Source: the human T2T-CHM13v2.0 reference genome, Homo sapiens. Taken from it: DNA of 64,000 bases. The DNA lies in NCBI RefSeq assembly GCF_009914755.1, contig NC_060942.1; one strand, written 5' to 3'. The position numbers and the translations under genes are program-made. Below, piece by piece: positions 1 through 12,844 of the stretch. The number at the start of each line of letters is the position of its first letter. The stretch's first letter is position 1. Below the pieces are notes generated by a model. The model did no database searches. It was not told the origin of the DNA and saw nothing but the letters and a program-made list of their open reading frames with translations.

Positions 1-564
1 ACCCATCTTGCACTTATTAGAATTTTTTGTTTTTAGCCAATGTTCTTTCTTTTCTGAGAATAGGAGAAGGTGTAAAAAGGTCAGAATTTCATACAAATTC
101 GAGCTGGGATGAGAAACACATATCAAAGCGTTGGGTTTCTGAGTCACCTGATCATGCTTCTTTGGGAAGATGTTGGAATGAGAGGGCTTGGATATTTTTG
201 ACAGACATAAACCATTAAAGTACTTTTAGTTTCATATTATGCTTGCAGAATGCAAGCCAGTTTTTAAGTGCTATTCAACTTCCAAGAATCTCTCTTTTTA
301 ATGAATGTCTAATTCACTCATTTCCATGATGAGTTTCAGATTTTCCATGACTTTGAGTTACCTCTGGAAAATTAAGTTATTCCATAAGTACTCCTCAATA
401 CTCTTTAATGATACCTAACAGAAACCTAATGGAACTCAAACTCACATACGGGATAATTCCATTATACACATAATTCTGTTTCTCCTACCCACTCTATTCT
501 TCTTGTGTTTGTTTTAATCTTTTATTCCAGAAAGACCATCTCCCCCCAACCCATAACCAATAGA

Positions 565-775
565 ATCTAGAATCCATGAGGCAGGGAATTTTATCTATTT
601 TTATTTGTTGTAGTATTCCCCATGACAGCCTGTCACATAATAGTAAGTATACAGCAAATCCTTGTTGAATGCAAGATAAATCTTTTCACATGTCAGTGGA
701 AGAAATTATTTTGTAATCTTTTTTCCCCGACAGTGCTGGGCATGTAACAAACACTAAATATGTGTTTATTGAATA
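565..775 (+). mobile_element. L2 3' end fragments
   Basis: Degenerate L2 tail (ccatgaggcagggaat...agcctgtcacataatagtaag...ttgttgaatg; acagtgctgggcatgta...tttattgaat). Confidence 0.55.
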
Positions 776-947
776 GTACATACATGTTTACATAATAATA
801 ATACATGTTTACTGAATAATAATAAACAAAACTGTGGATTTTATCGTAGCCCTCATACCATAGGTATTTCATATCTCTCTACCTAATTATTGCCCATATT
901 GGCTCATGAAAAATAGTTTTCCTAAATCTTTCTACATGTTCTTTATT

Positions 948-2067
948 TTTTAAATTTTTAGTTATGAATTCACAATAGGTGTATATGTTTATGGGGTACA
1001 TGTGATGTTTTGATACATGCCTAGAATGTGTAATAATCAAATCAGGTTAACTGGGATATCTACCATCTCAAGCATTTATCATTTCATTGTGTTAGGAACA
1101 TTATTTCACTCTGAGTTGTTTTATATCACAAAATCAGTTACTGTTGTCTATAGTCACCTATTATGATATCAAATACTAAATTGCATTTTTCTATCTAACT
1201 ATATTTTTGCACCCATTAACCATCCCTACTTTGTTCCTCCATCCCCACTACCCTTATCAGCTTCTGGTAACCATCATTCTACTCTCTATTTCCATGAGAT
1301 CAATTGTTTTAATTTTTAGCTCCCACATATTAGTGAGAACACGAGATATTTATCTTTCTATGCCTGGCTTATTTCATTTAGCATAATGTCTTCTAGTTCT
1401 ATTTATGTTGTTGCAAATGACAGGATTTCAATCTTTTTCATGACTGAGTAATATTTCATTGTGTATACGTACTATATTTTCTCTATCCATTCATCCTTTG
1501 ATGGACACTTAATTTGATTCCAAATCTTGGCTATTGTAAATAGTGATGCAATAAACATGGAATTGCAGATATCTCTTCAATCCACTGTTTTCCTTTCTTT
1601 TGAATATATACCCTGGCAGTAGGATTGCTGGATTATGTGGCAGCTTTATTTCTAGTTTTCTGAGGAACTTTTGTACTGTTCTCCATAGTAGGTGTGCTAA
1701 TTTACATTCCCACCAACAGTGTACACGGGATCCCCTTTCTCCACATCCTTGTCAGCACTCATTATCGTCTGTCTTTTGAATAAAAGCCATTTTAACTGGG
1801 GTAAAATAATATCTCATTGTAGTTTTAACCTGCATGTCTCTGATGATTAATGATATTGAGTATTTTTTTGTATACCTGCTGGCCATTTGTATGTTTTCTT
1901 CTGAGAAATAACTGTTCAGATCTTTTCCCCATTTTTAATTGCATTATTTGATTTTTTTCCTATTGAGTTGTTTAAGGTGATTTTATATTCTGGTTATTAA
2001 TCCCTTGTCAGATAGGTAGCTTGTGAATATTTTCTGTCATTCTTTGGGTTGTCTCTTTTAACTTTCT

Positions 2068-2109
<42 letters not shown>

Positions 2110-2861
2110 GCAGAGGCTTTTTAGCTTTATGTGATCCCATTCGTCCATTTTTGCTTTAGTTGCCTATGCTCTTTAGGTCTTACTCAAGAAGTCTTTGCCG
2201 AACCCAATGACCTGGAGAGTTTCCCCAATGTTTTCTTATAGTTTCAGGTTTTAGATTTAAGTCTTTAATCCATTTTAATTCGATTTTTGTATATGGTGAG
2301 AGATATGGGTCTAGTTTCATACTTCTGCTATAAATATCTAGTTTCCCTCACACCATTTATTGAAGAAACTGTCCCTTCCCCAATGTAAGGTCTTGACACC
2401 TTTGTTAAAAATGAGTTCACTGTAGATGTGTGGATTTATTTTGGGGTTCTCTATTGTGTTCTATCAGTCTATGAGTCTGTTTTTTTGCTAGTACCATGGT
2501 GTTTTGTTTACTATAGCTCTGCAGTATAATTCAAAGTCAGGTAACGTGATTCCTCCAGTTTTGTTTTTTTTTTTTTTGCTCAGAATGGCTTTGACTATTC
2601 TGAGTCTTTTGTGGTTCCATGTATATTTTAGAATTATTATTTCTGTGAAGGATGTCACTGGTATTTTGATAGGGATTTAACTGAATCTATAGATTTCTTT
2701 GGACAGTGTAAACATTTTAACATTATTTATTCTTTCAATCCATGAATCTAGAATATCTTTTTATTTTAAACTTTCCTCTTCAATTTTTTATCAATGATTT
2801 ATAGTTTTCATTGTAGAGATCTTTAACTTCTTTGGTTAAGTTTATTTCTAGGTATCCTATT
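948..2861 (-). mobile_element. 5'-truncated L1 (L1MA-type), ORF2 3' part plus 3'UTR, with 19-bp TSD
   Basis: Antisense L1 3'UTR (tttatggggtacatgtgatgttttgatacatgc) and ORF2 (aatttacattcccaccaacagtgtac). Identical TSD tttctacatgttctttatt at 929-947 and 2862-2880. Confidence 0.95.
2070..2104. repeat. Poly-T (35 nt) inside L1 ORF2
   Basis: Uninterrupted T run. Confidence 0.95.
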
Positions 2862-3708
2862 TTTCTACATGTTCTTTATTCTAAGTATGTCTAGATTTCA
2901 ACCGCTTTCTCTTCTCACCAACCAATAATCCTGGCATGCCATTATTCTCATATGATACTTAGGGAAAAGTATATCAATAAGGTGAAATTATATTTTAAAC
3001 TTCTCTCCTCATTGCATGTGTCAGTCATTAATTCCTTTTTACATTCATCTACCCTTTCATTATAACAACCAGTTAAGTGCTTAATACCAATTATCAATAT
3101 TTAAGTGTTAATTATGTTAATTATTTAAATATTTATTTATTATGAATATTTAAAATGTTGATTATCAACACTGTGAGTCAATTAACAAAATATATTATTA
3201 CTTGAATCTTTAGAAATCTTGCCAACACTGTTACCTTTCTGAATGCTCATCTAGACTCATGCAGAATATGATAAAGACACATCTTCCTTTTCATTCTACC
3301 ACAATGATCTGTTCAGCTTACTTTATTATAAAAAGAAACAAGTAGCCATTCTTAAATATGCCAGAATTATTACTGGAATAATTTTGGAGAGAGATGTAAA
3401 TGTTTAAAATCTTGAATATACTTAATTCACATAATCTAGATTCAATCATAAACACAAACACTTAAGAAATTCAATTTAAAAAATAATTGAGTCAAGTTAG
3501 GGCATCTCTGTTATTTGTTTTGTTCTTCCTAGTACAAAACATGGTGCCTGAGACATAGTTGTTAAATTAGTAAATGCATGCATTAGTGAATAAATATTTT
3601 GGCTAGACTGACCAGAATTATTTGTATCTTATGTAGTTATATCAATATAGTTCCGTATATTTGAAGGATGTAAGCTGTATCAGGAAGGAATAAAGAAGAA
3701 CACTTTCC

Positions 3709-4503
3709 TATTTCTGGTTCTAGGTTTCTGAGGCATCGCCACACTGTCTTCCACAATGATTGAACCAATTTACATTCCCACGAACAGTGCAAAAGCTTTC
3801 CTATTTCTCCACAGCCTCGCCAGCATCTGTTATTTCTTGACTTTTTAATAATCGCCATTCTGACTGGTGTGAGATTGTATGTCATTATGGTTTTGATATA
3901 CATTTCTCTAATAATAAGTGATGTTGAGCTTTTATTTCATATGTGTGTTGGATGCATAAATGTCTTTTTTTGAGAAGTGTCTATTCATGAATGTGGAATA
4001 TCTTTGCCCACTTTTTAATAGGGTTTTTTGTTTTTTTCTTGTAAATTTGTTTAAGTTTCTTGTAGATTCTGGATATTAGACCTTTGTCAGAAGGATAGAT
4101 TGCAAACATTTTCTCCCATTCTGCAGGTTGTCTGTTCACTCTGACTATGCAGCCATAAAAAGAAAGGAGATCATGTCCTTTGGCAGGACATGGAAGAGCT
4201 GGAAGCCATTATCCTCAACAAATTAACACAGGAACGGAAAACCAAACACCACATGTTCTCACTTATAAGTGGGAGTTCAACAATGAGAACACATGGTCAC
4301 AGGGAGGGGAACAACACACATTGGAGCCTGTCAGAGGAGGTAGGGGAGGGAGAGCATTAGGATAAATAGCTAATGAATGTGGGCTTAATACCTAAGTGAT
4401 GGATTGATAGGTGCAGCAAACCATCATGGCACACGTTTACCTATGTAACAAACCTGCACACCCTGTATATGTATCCAAGAACTTAAAATAAAATAAAATA
4501 AAA
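3709..4503 (+). mobile_element. L1PA (approx. PA12-16) with 5' inversion: 3709-4144 antisense, 4144-4503 sense
   Basis: Minus-strand ORF 3637-3903 matches the L1 ORF2 C-terminus ([39 protein letters not shown]). Sense 3'UTR ends in an A-rich tail. Degenerate TSD aagaacacttt / aagaacatttt. Confidence 0.92.
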
Positions 4504-5022
4504 TTTTGTAAAAAGAACATTTTTATTATCCTTTATAATCTCTCTGTATCATATATATTACTGTAACATTATACATAACATATAGTAATACAATAAAAAT
4601 ATATAATCTCTATCTATCTTTGACATTTACAATTCTTTAGATAGCATAGGTTTCTTATTCATACCACAGCAACAAGAAAGACTGGGTGAGAGATATACAT
4701 GAATGAATCTAAATCCATGTACTCTTAGAGGACTCTGACTGCCTGTTTTAATGATAAGGGGTTATCAGTGTCATCTTTATATATCAAGAAGGACACAAAA
4801 CTTTACAGTATTGTAAAACTCAGTAAGAACACAGATTTAGGTAACGTGATTAGGTTATCTCTATTCTTGCTCATCCTCCACTTAGTCCCCATACTGGGTG
4901 TGGAGAAGAGGGTAAAGCCAGGTGGAGAAAGAGCAGTTACATGTATTATAAAGCACAGAATGCACTCAATTCCAGAGTTTTTCTAGCCTAAGATCTCCTT
5001 ATTCCTCAAAACAATACAAATA

Positions 5023-5570
5023 AAAATACCACAAAATCCAGCAATTCTTCTGTGTATATACCCAAAATAATTGAAAGCATGTTCGTGAAGACATATCTGT
5101 GTACCTGTGTTCATCGCAGCCTTATTCGTAATAGCCACAAAGGGGAAGCAACACAAGTGTCCATTTTCAGATCAATGGAAAAATAAAATGTGATATAGAC
5201 ATACAACGGAATATTATTCAGATTTAAAAGGAAAGAACATTGTGACACATGCTACAATATAGTTCAACCTTAAGAACATTATGCTAAGTAAAAGAAACCA
5301 GTAACAAAAAGATTTTTCTACATGTAAGTGGAAAAATATCGCATGATTCCACTTATATGAGATGCTTAAGAGTAGTCAAATATTAGAGATAGAAAGGAGA
5401 ATGGTGATTGTGTTTAATGGTTATAGAATTTCAGTTTTGTGAAATAAAAAGAATTCTGGAGATTGGCTGCATAAAATGTTAATGTACTTAACGCCACTAA
5501 ACTATACACTTAAAAATGATTAAGATGGCGAATTTTACATTGTGTGTATTTTACCATAATTAAAAAAAAA
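5023..5570 (+). mobile_element. L1MB-type 3' end
   Basis: ccagcaattc...tatatacccaaaataattgaaagca, atgattccacttatatgag, ending tttaccataattaaaaaaaaa. Confidence 0.85.
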
Positions 5571-5779
5571 ACCTCCATTGAGTTTATGAAACAAATGCCA
5601 GTGAGATGGAAATTATTCGAATTCCTCCCACATTCCAGAAATCCTCTGAAATCAGAATACTGTTTTGCTTTGGTATATTAGCCATAATGGACAACTGACA
5701 CCAGGTGGCCCCAAATTGTATCTGGGGTCAGTTCCCTGAACTCAAACAGTGTTATGACCATGGACTTTGGTAAAATTTA

Positions 5780-5901
5780 AAATTTTATTTATCATGTTAT
5801 AAAGATAAATTTTATTTATCATGTTAAAAATTTTATTTACATGTACATTTTACTTATCATGTTATAAAGAATTTCAAATTTTATTTACCATGTTATAAAG
5901 A
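5780..5901. repeat. Degenerate AT-rich minisatellite, about 5 copies of aattttatttatcatgttataaaga
   Basis: Unit recurs at about 5780, 5807, 5829, 5847 and 5876. Confidence 0.85.
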
Positions 5902-6545
5902 GAGGGTTTTCTGTGCTTTGATTAGAAATACATATACTTAATATATTGATATTCATTACAAATTCTTTTTTTCCATTCTGGTTCAAATTGGTAGGTTCTC
6001 CAGATCATTACTCTGCCTCTGATTGTTGCATTCTATGACATACAGGGATATTCATTGCTTAAAAAAATAAAAATTATTTCCTTTGATTTGTGAGTATAAA
6101 CTTCAGTTCAAAGATCTATTGTTATATTTGTCTTGCTTTTTGGCACTTGCACAAACTATATTTTTCTGATTAGAAAAAGCAGCATTCACCTGAATCTGCA
6201 GAGATAGCCATTGCTGACAGTGGTCAAACACTGATAACTTGAGGATAAATTTGTCTATTGTTTTGAAACCATTTGAAATATTTTCTTGCATCTTCCTTTT
6301 CCTTTTTTTGGTAATCTTTTTACATTTTTTTAATGAACTTTAAAAATAGTGTCTACAATTTTCCTTTCCTATAATCTACAAACTTATTTTGGCCCATAAG
6401 TATTCTATTTGCTTAGCTAAATTAAACGATACCAGGACTTGAGTAGAAAACGTCATGTATATTTAAATGTAAAGCAATTATTTGCTTATCACAATTTTAA
6501 ACAAATATTTTAAAGGATTTATAGCTGTTTCCTATGGAATAAGCC

Positions 6546-7249
6546 TGTATTAATCTGGGTTCTCCAGAGAAACAAAACCAATAGAAGATAAAGAAATGTA
6601 TCATAAAAAAAGCAGAAGAGCTGCTGCTGTAAGTTCCAGTCCAAGCCTGGGTCCAAAGGTAGAAGACCAGTGTTCCAGCTTGAAAACAGACAGAGAGACT
6701 GGGTTCAGTGGCTTATACTGTAATCCCTGCACTTTGGGAGGCTGAGGCAGGAGGATCGCTTGAGGTCAGGAGTTCAAGACCAGACGAGGCAATATAGTGT
6801 AGATGTTGTCTCTACAAAAAAATTTAAAAGTCAGCCAGGTGTGGTGGTACATGACATGCCTGTGGTCCCAGCTCCTTAGGAGGTAGAGGTGGGAGGATTG
6901 CTTGAGCCCAGGAAGTCAAGGCTGCAGTGAGCTGAGATCGTACCACTGCATGCCAGCCCAGGAATCTAAGTAGGACCTGTCTAAAAAATAAAAAACTAAA
7001 AAGAAATTTAAAAAAAAAAGGCAGAAAGAGGCTTTCTTCTTTTTCTCCTGAGGGTCAGCTTTCTATTCATACCTTCAATTGATTGGATGAGGGCCACCAC
7101 TTTAGAAAGAGCAATATGCTTTACTCAGTCTACCAATTCCAATATTAAGCTCCTGTCAAACACTCACACAAACACTCCCAGAAAAACACTTGATGAAATA
7201 TCTGGGTATCCACTCTCCCAGTCAAGTTGACACAAAATTAACGATCATA
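6546..7249 (-). mobile_element. MLT2-family solo LTR (ERV-L) interrupted by AluJ
   Basis: Termini tgtattaatctgggttctccagaga and cccagtcaagttgacacaaaattaacgatcata are the reverse complement of the MLT2 ends. Confidence 0.85.
6697..7019 (+). mobile_element. AluJ
   Basis: Dimeric Alu with J diagnostics (ggaggatcgcttgag, ggaggattgcttgagcccagg) and A tail. Confidence 0.93.
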
Positions 7250-7489
7250 AAAGCAAACAGAAACATTTCCATTTTCCCACTGGCTTCGGACAAAGATTTT
7301 TTCCTTCATTAAATCATTATAATTCAGTGACTTGAAGAAAAACATTATTATGAAAGATTTCAAAACCATCTCAAATTTTAAAAATCACTATATTGTTGGT
7401 AATGGTTAATTCAGTCGCTTTAGATTAATGTAGGATGTCTAAATATGTTGGGTGGGTGCTAGAGATTATTGAAATGTATGGGTGTGCTT

Positions 7490-7551
7490 TGGAATATGTA
7501 TCTCTGTGCTTTTCTGTGTGTGTGTGTCTGTGAATATGTGTATGTGTGTGT
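7490..7551. repeat. Imperfect (TG)n
   Basis: tgtgtgtgtgtctgtgaatatgtgtatgtgtgtg. Confidence 0.7.
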
Positions 7552-8260
7552 TTAAGAGCACATAGCAAAGACAATGGGGCACTGAATGCAGGAGTTAGGG
7601 AGTATTTATGAGTGACCCAGAATTCTGATAAACATAGTTCTTTAAATAGCATTCAAAATAATTTGAATGTTTGAAAAGTTGAAAATAATCTTTTCTTGTA
7701 AATTTAATCTAAAACAAATTGGCTATTTCTTTAAGCATGGGGAAAACTTAACCAAAGTATTTAGTATATATAGGAGATGAGCTTCCTGTCCAGTACTTTC
7801 TTGTACAACACCTGTTCTACTTTTATTATATTCAAGGTAAATTAGCTTTGTAGCAAGAAGAACTATAGAAACACTATTTAATTTTATTTGCTATTCATGA
7901 TTCTTTTGAGGCTTCCAAGTTTTTTCTGATCAACAAACTATCCAATAATCTGCAAAACTTTATTTAACATGTATGATGGAGGAAATATCTCAATTTCCAT
8001 ACATTTCCCCATTCATAATTCCATAGCAGTTTATTGAATTCTTGAAATTATCTTAATTACTTTAAATATGTAGTGTTTTTCTAATAGTTGAAAACATTAT
8101 TTGTAATATTGTTCTTATTCAGTCAAGTTTACTGGATGTTTTCTAGAGGCCGTGGGACCTGAAGATTCATTCTGCAAACAATCTCCTTAGATAATGATAA
8201 ATATTTCTAGGAAGGAAGGTAAATTATTCATAAAATCATGCTTTTCTCTTTTCTTTACAG

Positions 8261-8291
8261 ATAGTCTACCCTGTATATACTTTATCTCATG
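8261..8291 (+). other. Candidate 31-nt microexon
   Basis: cttttctctttttctttacag | ATAGTCTACCCTGTATATACTTTATCTCATG | gtaagt. Signals only, no transcript evidence. Confidence 0.3.
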
Positions 8292-9729
8292 GTAAGTACA
8301 ATGAGCCCCCTCAAAATTGTCCTGATTGCCCTCAGAAGGGCTAAGAGGAAATGTCCATTGTCTTCAAGTCTTGGATGCTCTAGTTATTGGCTTAGCTAAT
8401 TCTATATGCTTGCATGCTTTTAGATGAAACAGCATCCCTGGTTTTGGAAATAATTAAGGCAGTCTTCTACTCTTTCTTATTTATTCTGTATCCTTTGGAA
8501 TTGTTTATTATAAAGCAGATAAGAGGGAGGATAGGGTTTTGGAAATAGATTTTACCAAAATTTTCCACATTCAGAAAAAAGTACAGAAATACACAGACAC
8601 ACACGAATTATAGTCCATAGTTTGCACTATGGACTATGCAATATGATTAAACTAGTGAAATAGAGAAAATGCAGGTGGCAATAGGCAGAGACTTACAGGA
8701 GAAAAGGATTTCTAAATCCTAACAGGAAAAGGACATAACATACAAGCTTATTAACATCAAAACAATACTGAATTCATATATATATATGAATTCAGGATTT
8801 TTGTTTTGCAAAGTATCTTAAATAATATAACAGTGTCTTCAGAATGCTTCAGTGCTTAAGGCTCAATATACTATAGTTGACCATATAAAGCTGATAAATG
8901 TGTTTCAGAAGGGTAATCAATCAAGGCCATGCTTCCTTAGTTCCATATAGTCCAACCTTTTTCCCCTTCATTGCCTCCAAGAAAGAATGAAATAGTGAAA
9001 ATTTATATTACTGCAATACCTATAAAAACCATGAATGCAATGAGATTTTGCTGGCAGAATATAAAGTATGTCACAGTTGCAAGCAACGTTGCCAGGCATG
9101 AAATCTCCTGCCATATGGATAGGTGTTGCTGCTTTAGGTTCTTTATTCCATACCTTTTAGGGGGCCATTTCTGAGATCTCATAAGCTTCTCTGAATGTAG
9201 AAGTACATACAGGGCATTCTTATTGAAACTCAAAGTCTCTCTGTCTATCCATGTGTAGAGTAATAAAATCAGAAATTCTAAGGAATACAGCTATAGTGGG
9301 GATACAGTTTATCTTTTAAATTGTAGAAATTCTAAATGGAAATTTGTACTCTGCAGTACTTCTCATGTTAATACAGTAAGCATATTTCACATTTGTTATG
9401 CTCATTACTGTCTCTAAAGTTTCACAGTGATAAAATAGAAGATTATCTCCTGTAGTCATTTCCTTTTCAATGTAAATGCTTTTTTAGAAAAATAATTTCA
9501 GCCACCATACTGTTATCTTTCTTTACTGCAGCTATACTGTAGATTAACTTAAGGCTTTAAGGGATTCTTTTTTAGGAAGTTTTAAGTCTCCCTTTATGAT
9601 CAATATGCTGCTGCACGTCCTCTAAGTAGAAATATTCTGTCAATTCGTTTCTGAAAAACATCATGGCCCTGCTTTATTGGTATTAAATTGCATTCAGTTT
9701 CAAGCATCCCAGAAGAATGTTAATACTTC

Positions 9730-10270
9730 TATTTTTAGTCTGGACATAGAGGTACACAGCACATTCATTCAAATCACAAATGATACTAAATTGGGTGATG
9801 ATATGAACACCAAGAGAAAACAAACATAATAAAAAAAGATCCAGAACAAAATAACCAAATAATGTTCATACTTCGTAACACCATTTTGGATATATATGGA
9901 GAAATAGCCAAACACTGATTTCTAACAGCTGGGAAAGATTTTATGCATGATTGACTCACAAAGAAACTTGTGCTGATAGAAACAAAATAAGTGCAAATCT
10001 ATAGTGAAGAATTACATCAAGAAAAGTTTTACAAATGTCATTAGCATCCCATTGGTGTCTAAAGAAGTGATTGTCCCTTTCAAAATACTACTATATTCTA
10101 AACATAGCTCATCTGGTTCATCAATCTGTTGTTGTATTGATGCAGAAAAATTATCTATATGGGGAGATATAGCCATCTGAGAAGCCGGAAGTTTTAGCAC
10201 AGTTATAAGCAGGAAAAGGAGAAAGATATGAGAACAGTGTGATAAAACTTAATTTCATGAATGTGGGAAA
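9730..10270 (+). mobile_element. L3/CR1 LINE remnant
   Basis: cacaaatgatactaaattgggtg resembles the CR1 RT FADDTKLG region; gaagtgattgtccct...atagctcatctgg resembles CR1 ORF2 3' region. Confidence 0.55.
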
Positions 10271-10419
10271 CAGATCATCAGTCCAAGGAAAGGGAGAGAT
10301 ACTTCACTGCAAAAGAATTATACAAGTAAAAACCTGTATTTTATAAAGATAACCTAATAAAATGTGATGAAAGAAATATGATTATTGGGAGGTGATGACC
10401 TCTACAGTGTATGATTATC

Positions 10420-10420
<1 letters not shown>

Positions 10421-10455
<35 letters not shown>

Positions 10456-10461
10456 GCTATC
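10421..10461. repeat. (CTAT)n microsatellite forming the Alu tail
   Basis: About 10 CTAT units directly abutting the Alu 3' end. Confidence 0.9.
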
Positions 10462-10751
<290 letters not shown>

Positions 10752-11959
10752 TAATTTAATGGCTATTCAAGTGGTAATTTATCTACCTCTGTAATTTTTT
10801 TCTCTAAGCTATGTTTCAGTTTGGATACTTTTGTTACCTCCTCATATCATCAATTTGTTGTTTTAAAATGAAATTATTGTAGACCCTGGTTAGAATTTGC
10901 TAATCATTATTATTAAGTACAAAAAGATACCACATACTTTCTCTATTGACCATTTCTTCTTGCTTATTTCTTTACAGAGTGCCAAAAAGTTGAATGAGTA
11001 TCACCATGAAAAAAATTGAATGTGCATTGTCACACTTATATTTGGATCTAGACAAGAGCCTCAGTAAATGAATAAGAAGACAACATAAAGTATAAGAAGC
11101 AGGAACTCACCGATCACTCACATTATTCTCTAATTAAAGGTTCATGCTTACCACACTCACTGAAAGTCCAAGAATTCAGCCCATATTTATGACATGCAAG
11201 CTTTTATTCCTAGCTCCAAACCAAACATCCACAAAGAAACATAATACACCATGTCCCTAAAAGCTGATGAGTCATTTAGCATGCCTACTGATAAAAGCAC
11301 AAAATAGGGAGTGTGGCCTTTTACTTAGTTTGAGAGGTAGGACCGAACCCCAAATACAGCTACTTATGTATTTCCTTATAGTTGTATTCACACACACAGA
11401 CACACATGGTCAATCAAACACAGCACAAAGCTGGTTAAAAGAAAGTATAAAAACCTTAGACTAAAACCTTCAGACTCTCTCCCCTCAAACTTTATTTACT
11501 TTTTCCAGACCTGTGCATATTTATAATAAATAAATATACCTATAATATACATATATTATATATGGAAAATGATATATATGTTATATATATGGAAAAAGTA
11601 TATATATATAGTTGTATATACTAAAAGTAATACTCACTCAGAACTGAGGAAGCTATACTGGGTTTCTCGATCAAGCAGCAAGAGCACGGAGGAAATGCCT
11701 GAGGTCATATTTTCCCCCTTTGTTCTCTACAATTATGCTCAATTATAGATTTCTACTATTCTGAATTTAGAAAAAAGGGAAGGCACTTGAGGGCCAATTG
11801 CTTTTTTACATTTTAAAATGTATTGCTTTCCCCTTTTGACTTGTGAATACATCAGAATAATATAATTTTTGGTATTCAAATGGCCATTTATTTCGGTCAT
11901 GTAGGATAGTCCAAGTCACACTTGTGAAGTCAAGTATTTGAAAGCATTGTGATTTAGCA

Positions 11960-12430
11960 AATCACTCCTCTGCTCAACATTCTTGAAGGTCCTGCTATCA
12001 CCAAAGCATAAACTCAGAATCCTAACAGGCCTGCAAGACCTGGCCTTCCCTCTTCTTCCTCTATAGTCTATGTCAGGGGTCTATCTCATCCTCTCTTGGC
12101 TCAAACCATGTTGGTCTTTTGTTAGTATCTTAAACATTTCAAGGATATTCTGCATATTTCTTCTGGTAAAATATTTATCTATTTCACTCTATTCTGACCA
12201 CTTCCTTTCAGCTCCCTCTCATTCACCAAATCCTGTATTAGAGATTCTTTTCATTAAGCAACTTTATGATGTCCTGCGTTTTTCCTTGACAACACTCTAT
12301 GACCTTATTCCTGTGAATATTTGTATTGTATTTGTCTCTCCCACTAAGTTCAAGTTCTGTAAGAGAATGGACCTCGCTTCGTCTTAGTACTGTCTTCGTG
12401 TCTAAAAACAGTGCTTGATACACAGTTGGG
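11960..12430 (+). mobile_element. L2 fragment
   Basis: atcactcctctgctcaac...aacagtgcttgatacacagt. Confidence 0.7.
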
Positions 12431-12844
12431 GGTTCATGGCAACCTAGGGCATTGTGAGTTCAAAACAGCATTACAAGTTTGTGAGCAAGGAGGGAGCAGA
12501 TTGATATATGTCTCTTCTACCTTGCCCAGATGTTACAGGAATGCATAGCATTGCAGTAATGCCATCCTGGCTGTAATTAAAAATAATTGATTTTATTTTT
12601 AATGGAAAATAAATCTTTTAGGAACTACATTTTTATTATTAGAAATCTTTTCAAAAAGCATTAATAAGAATGATCAGTACTTACTTTTTTTTTCACATCA
12701 TGGTTTGCATAGAAGATGAGAAATAATTATGTGTAGGATTAGAGTAAATGGGCAAGGCAGCATGGATGTCCTGAGGACAAAGAGATCTTGGGCACACCTA
12801 AAGCCCATAAATATGGAAGACTCAGAATCACTAAGTGCTGACAT

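Noticed and set aside
9003-9233. Minus-strand ORF with an internal AAG|GTATGG donor as a coding exon
   Set aside because: No convincing acceptor and no recognisable peptide
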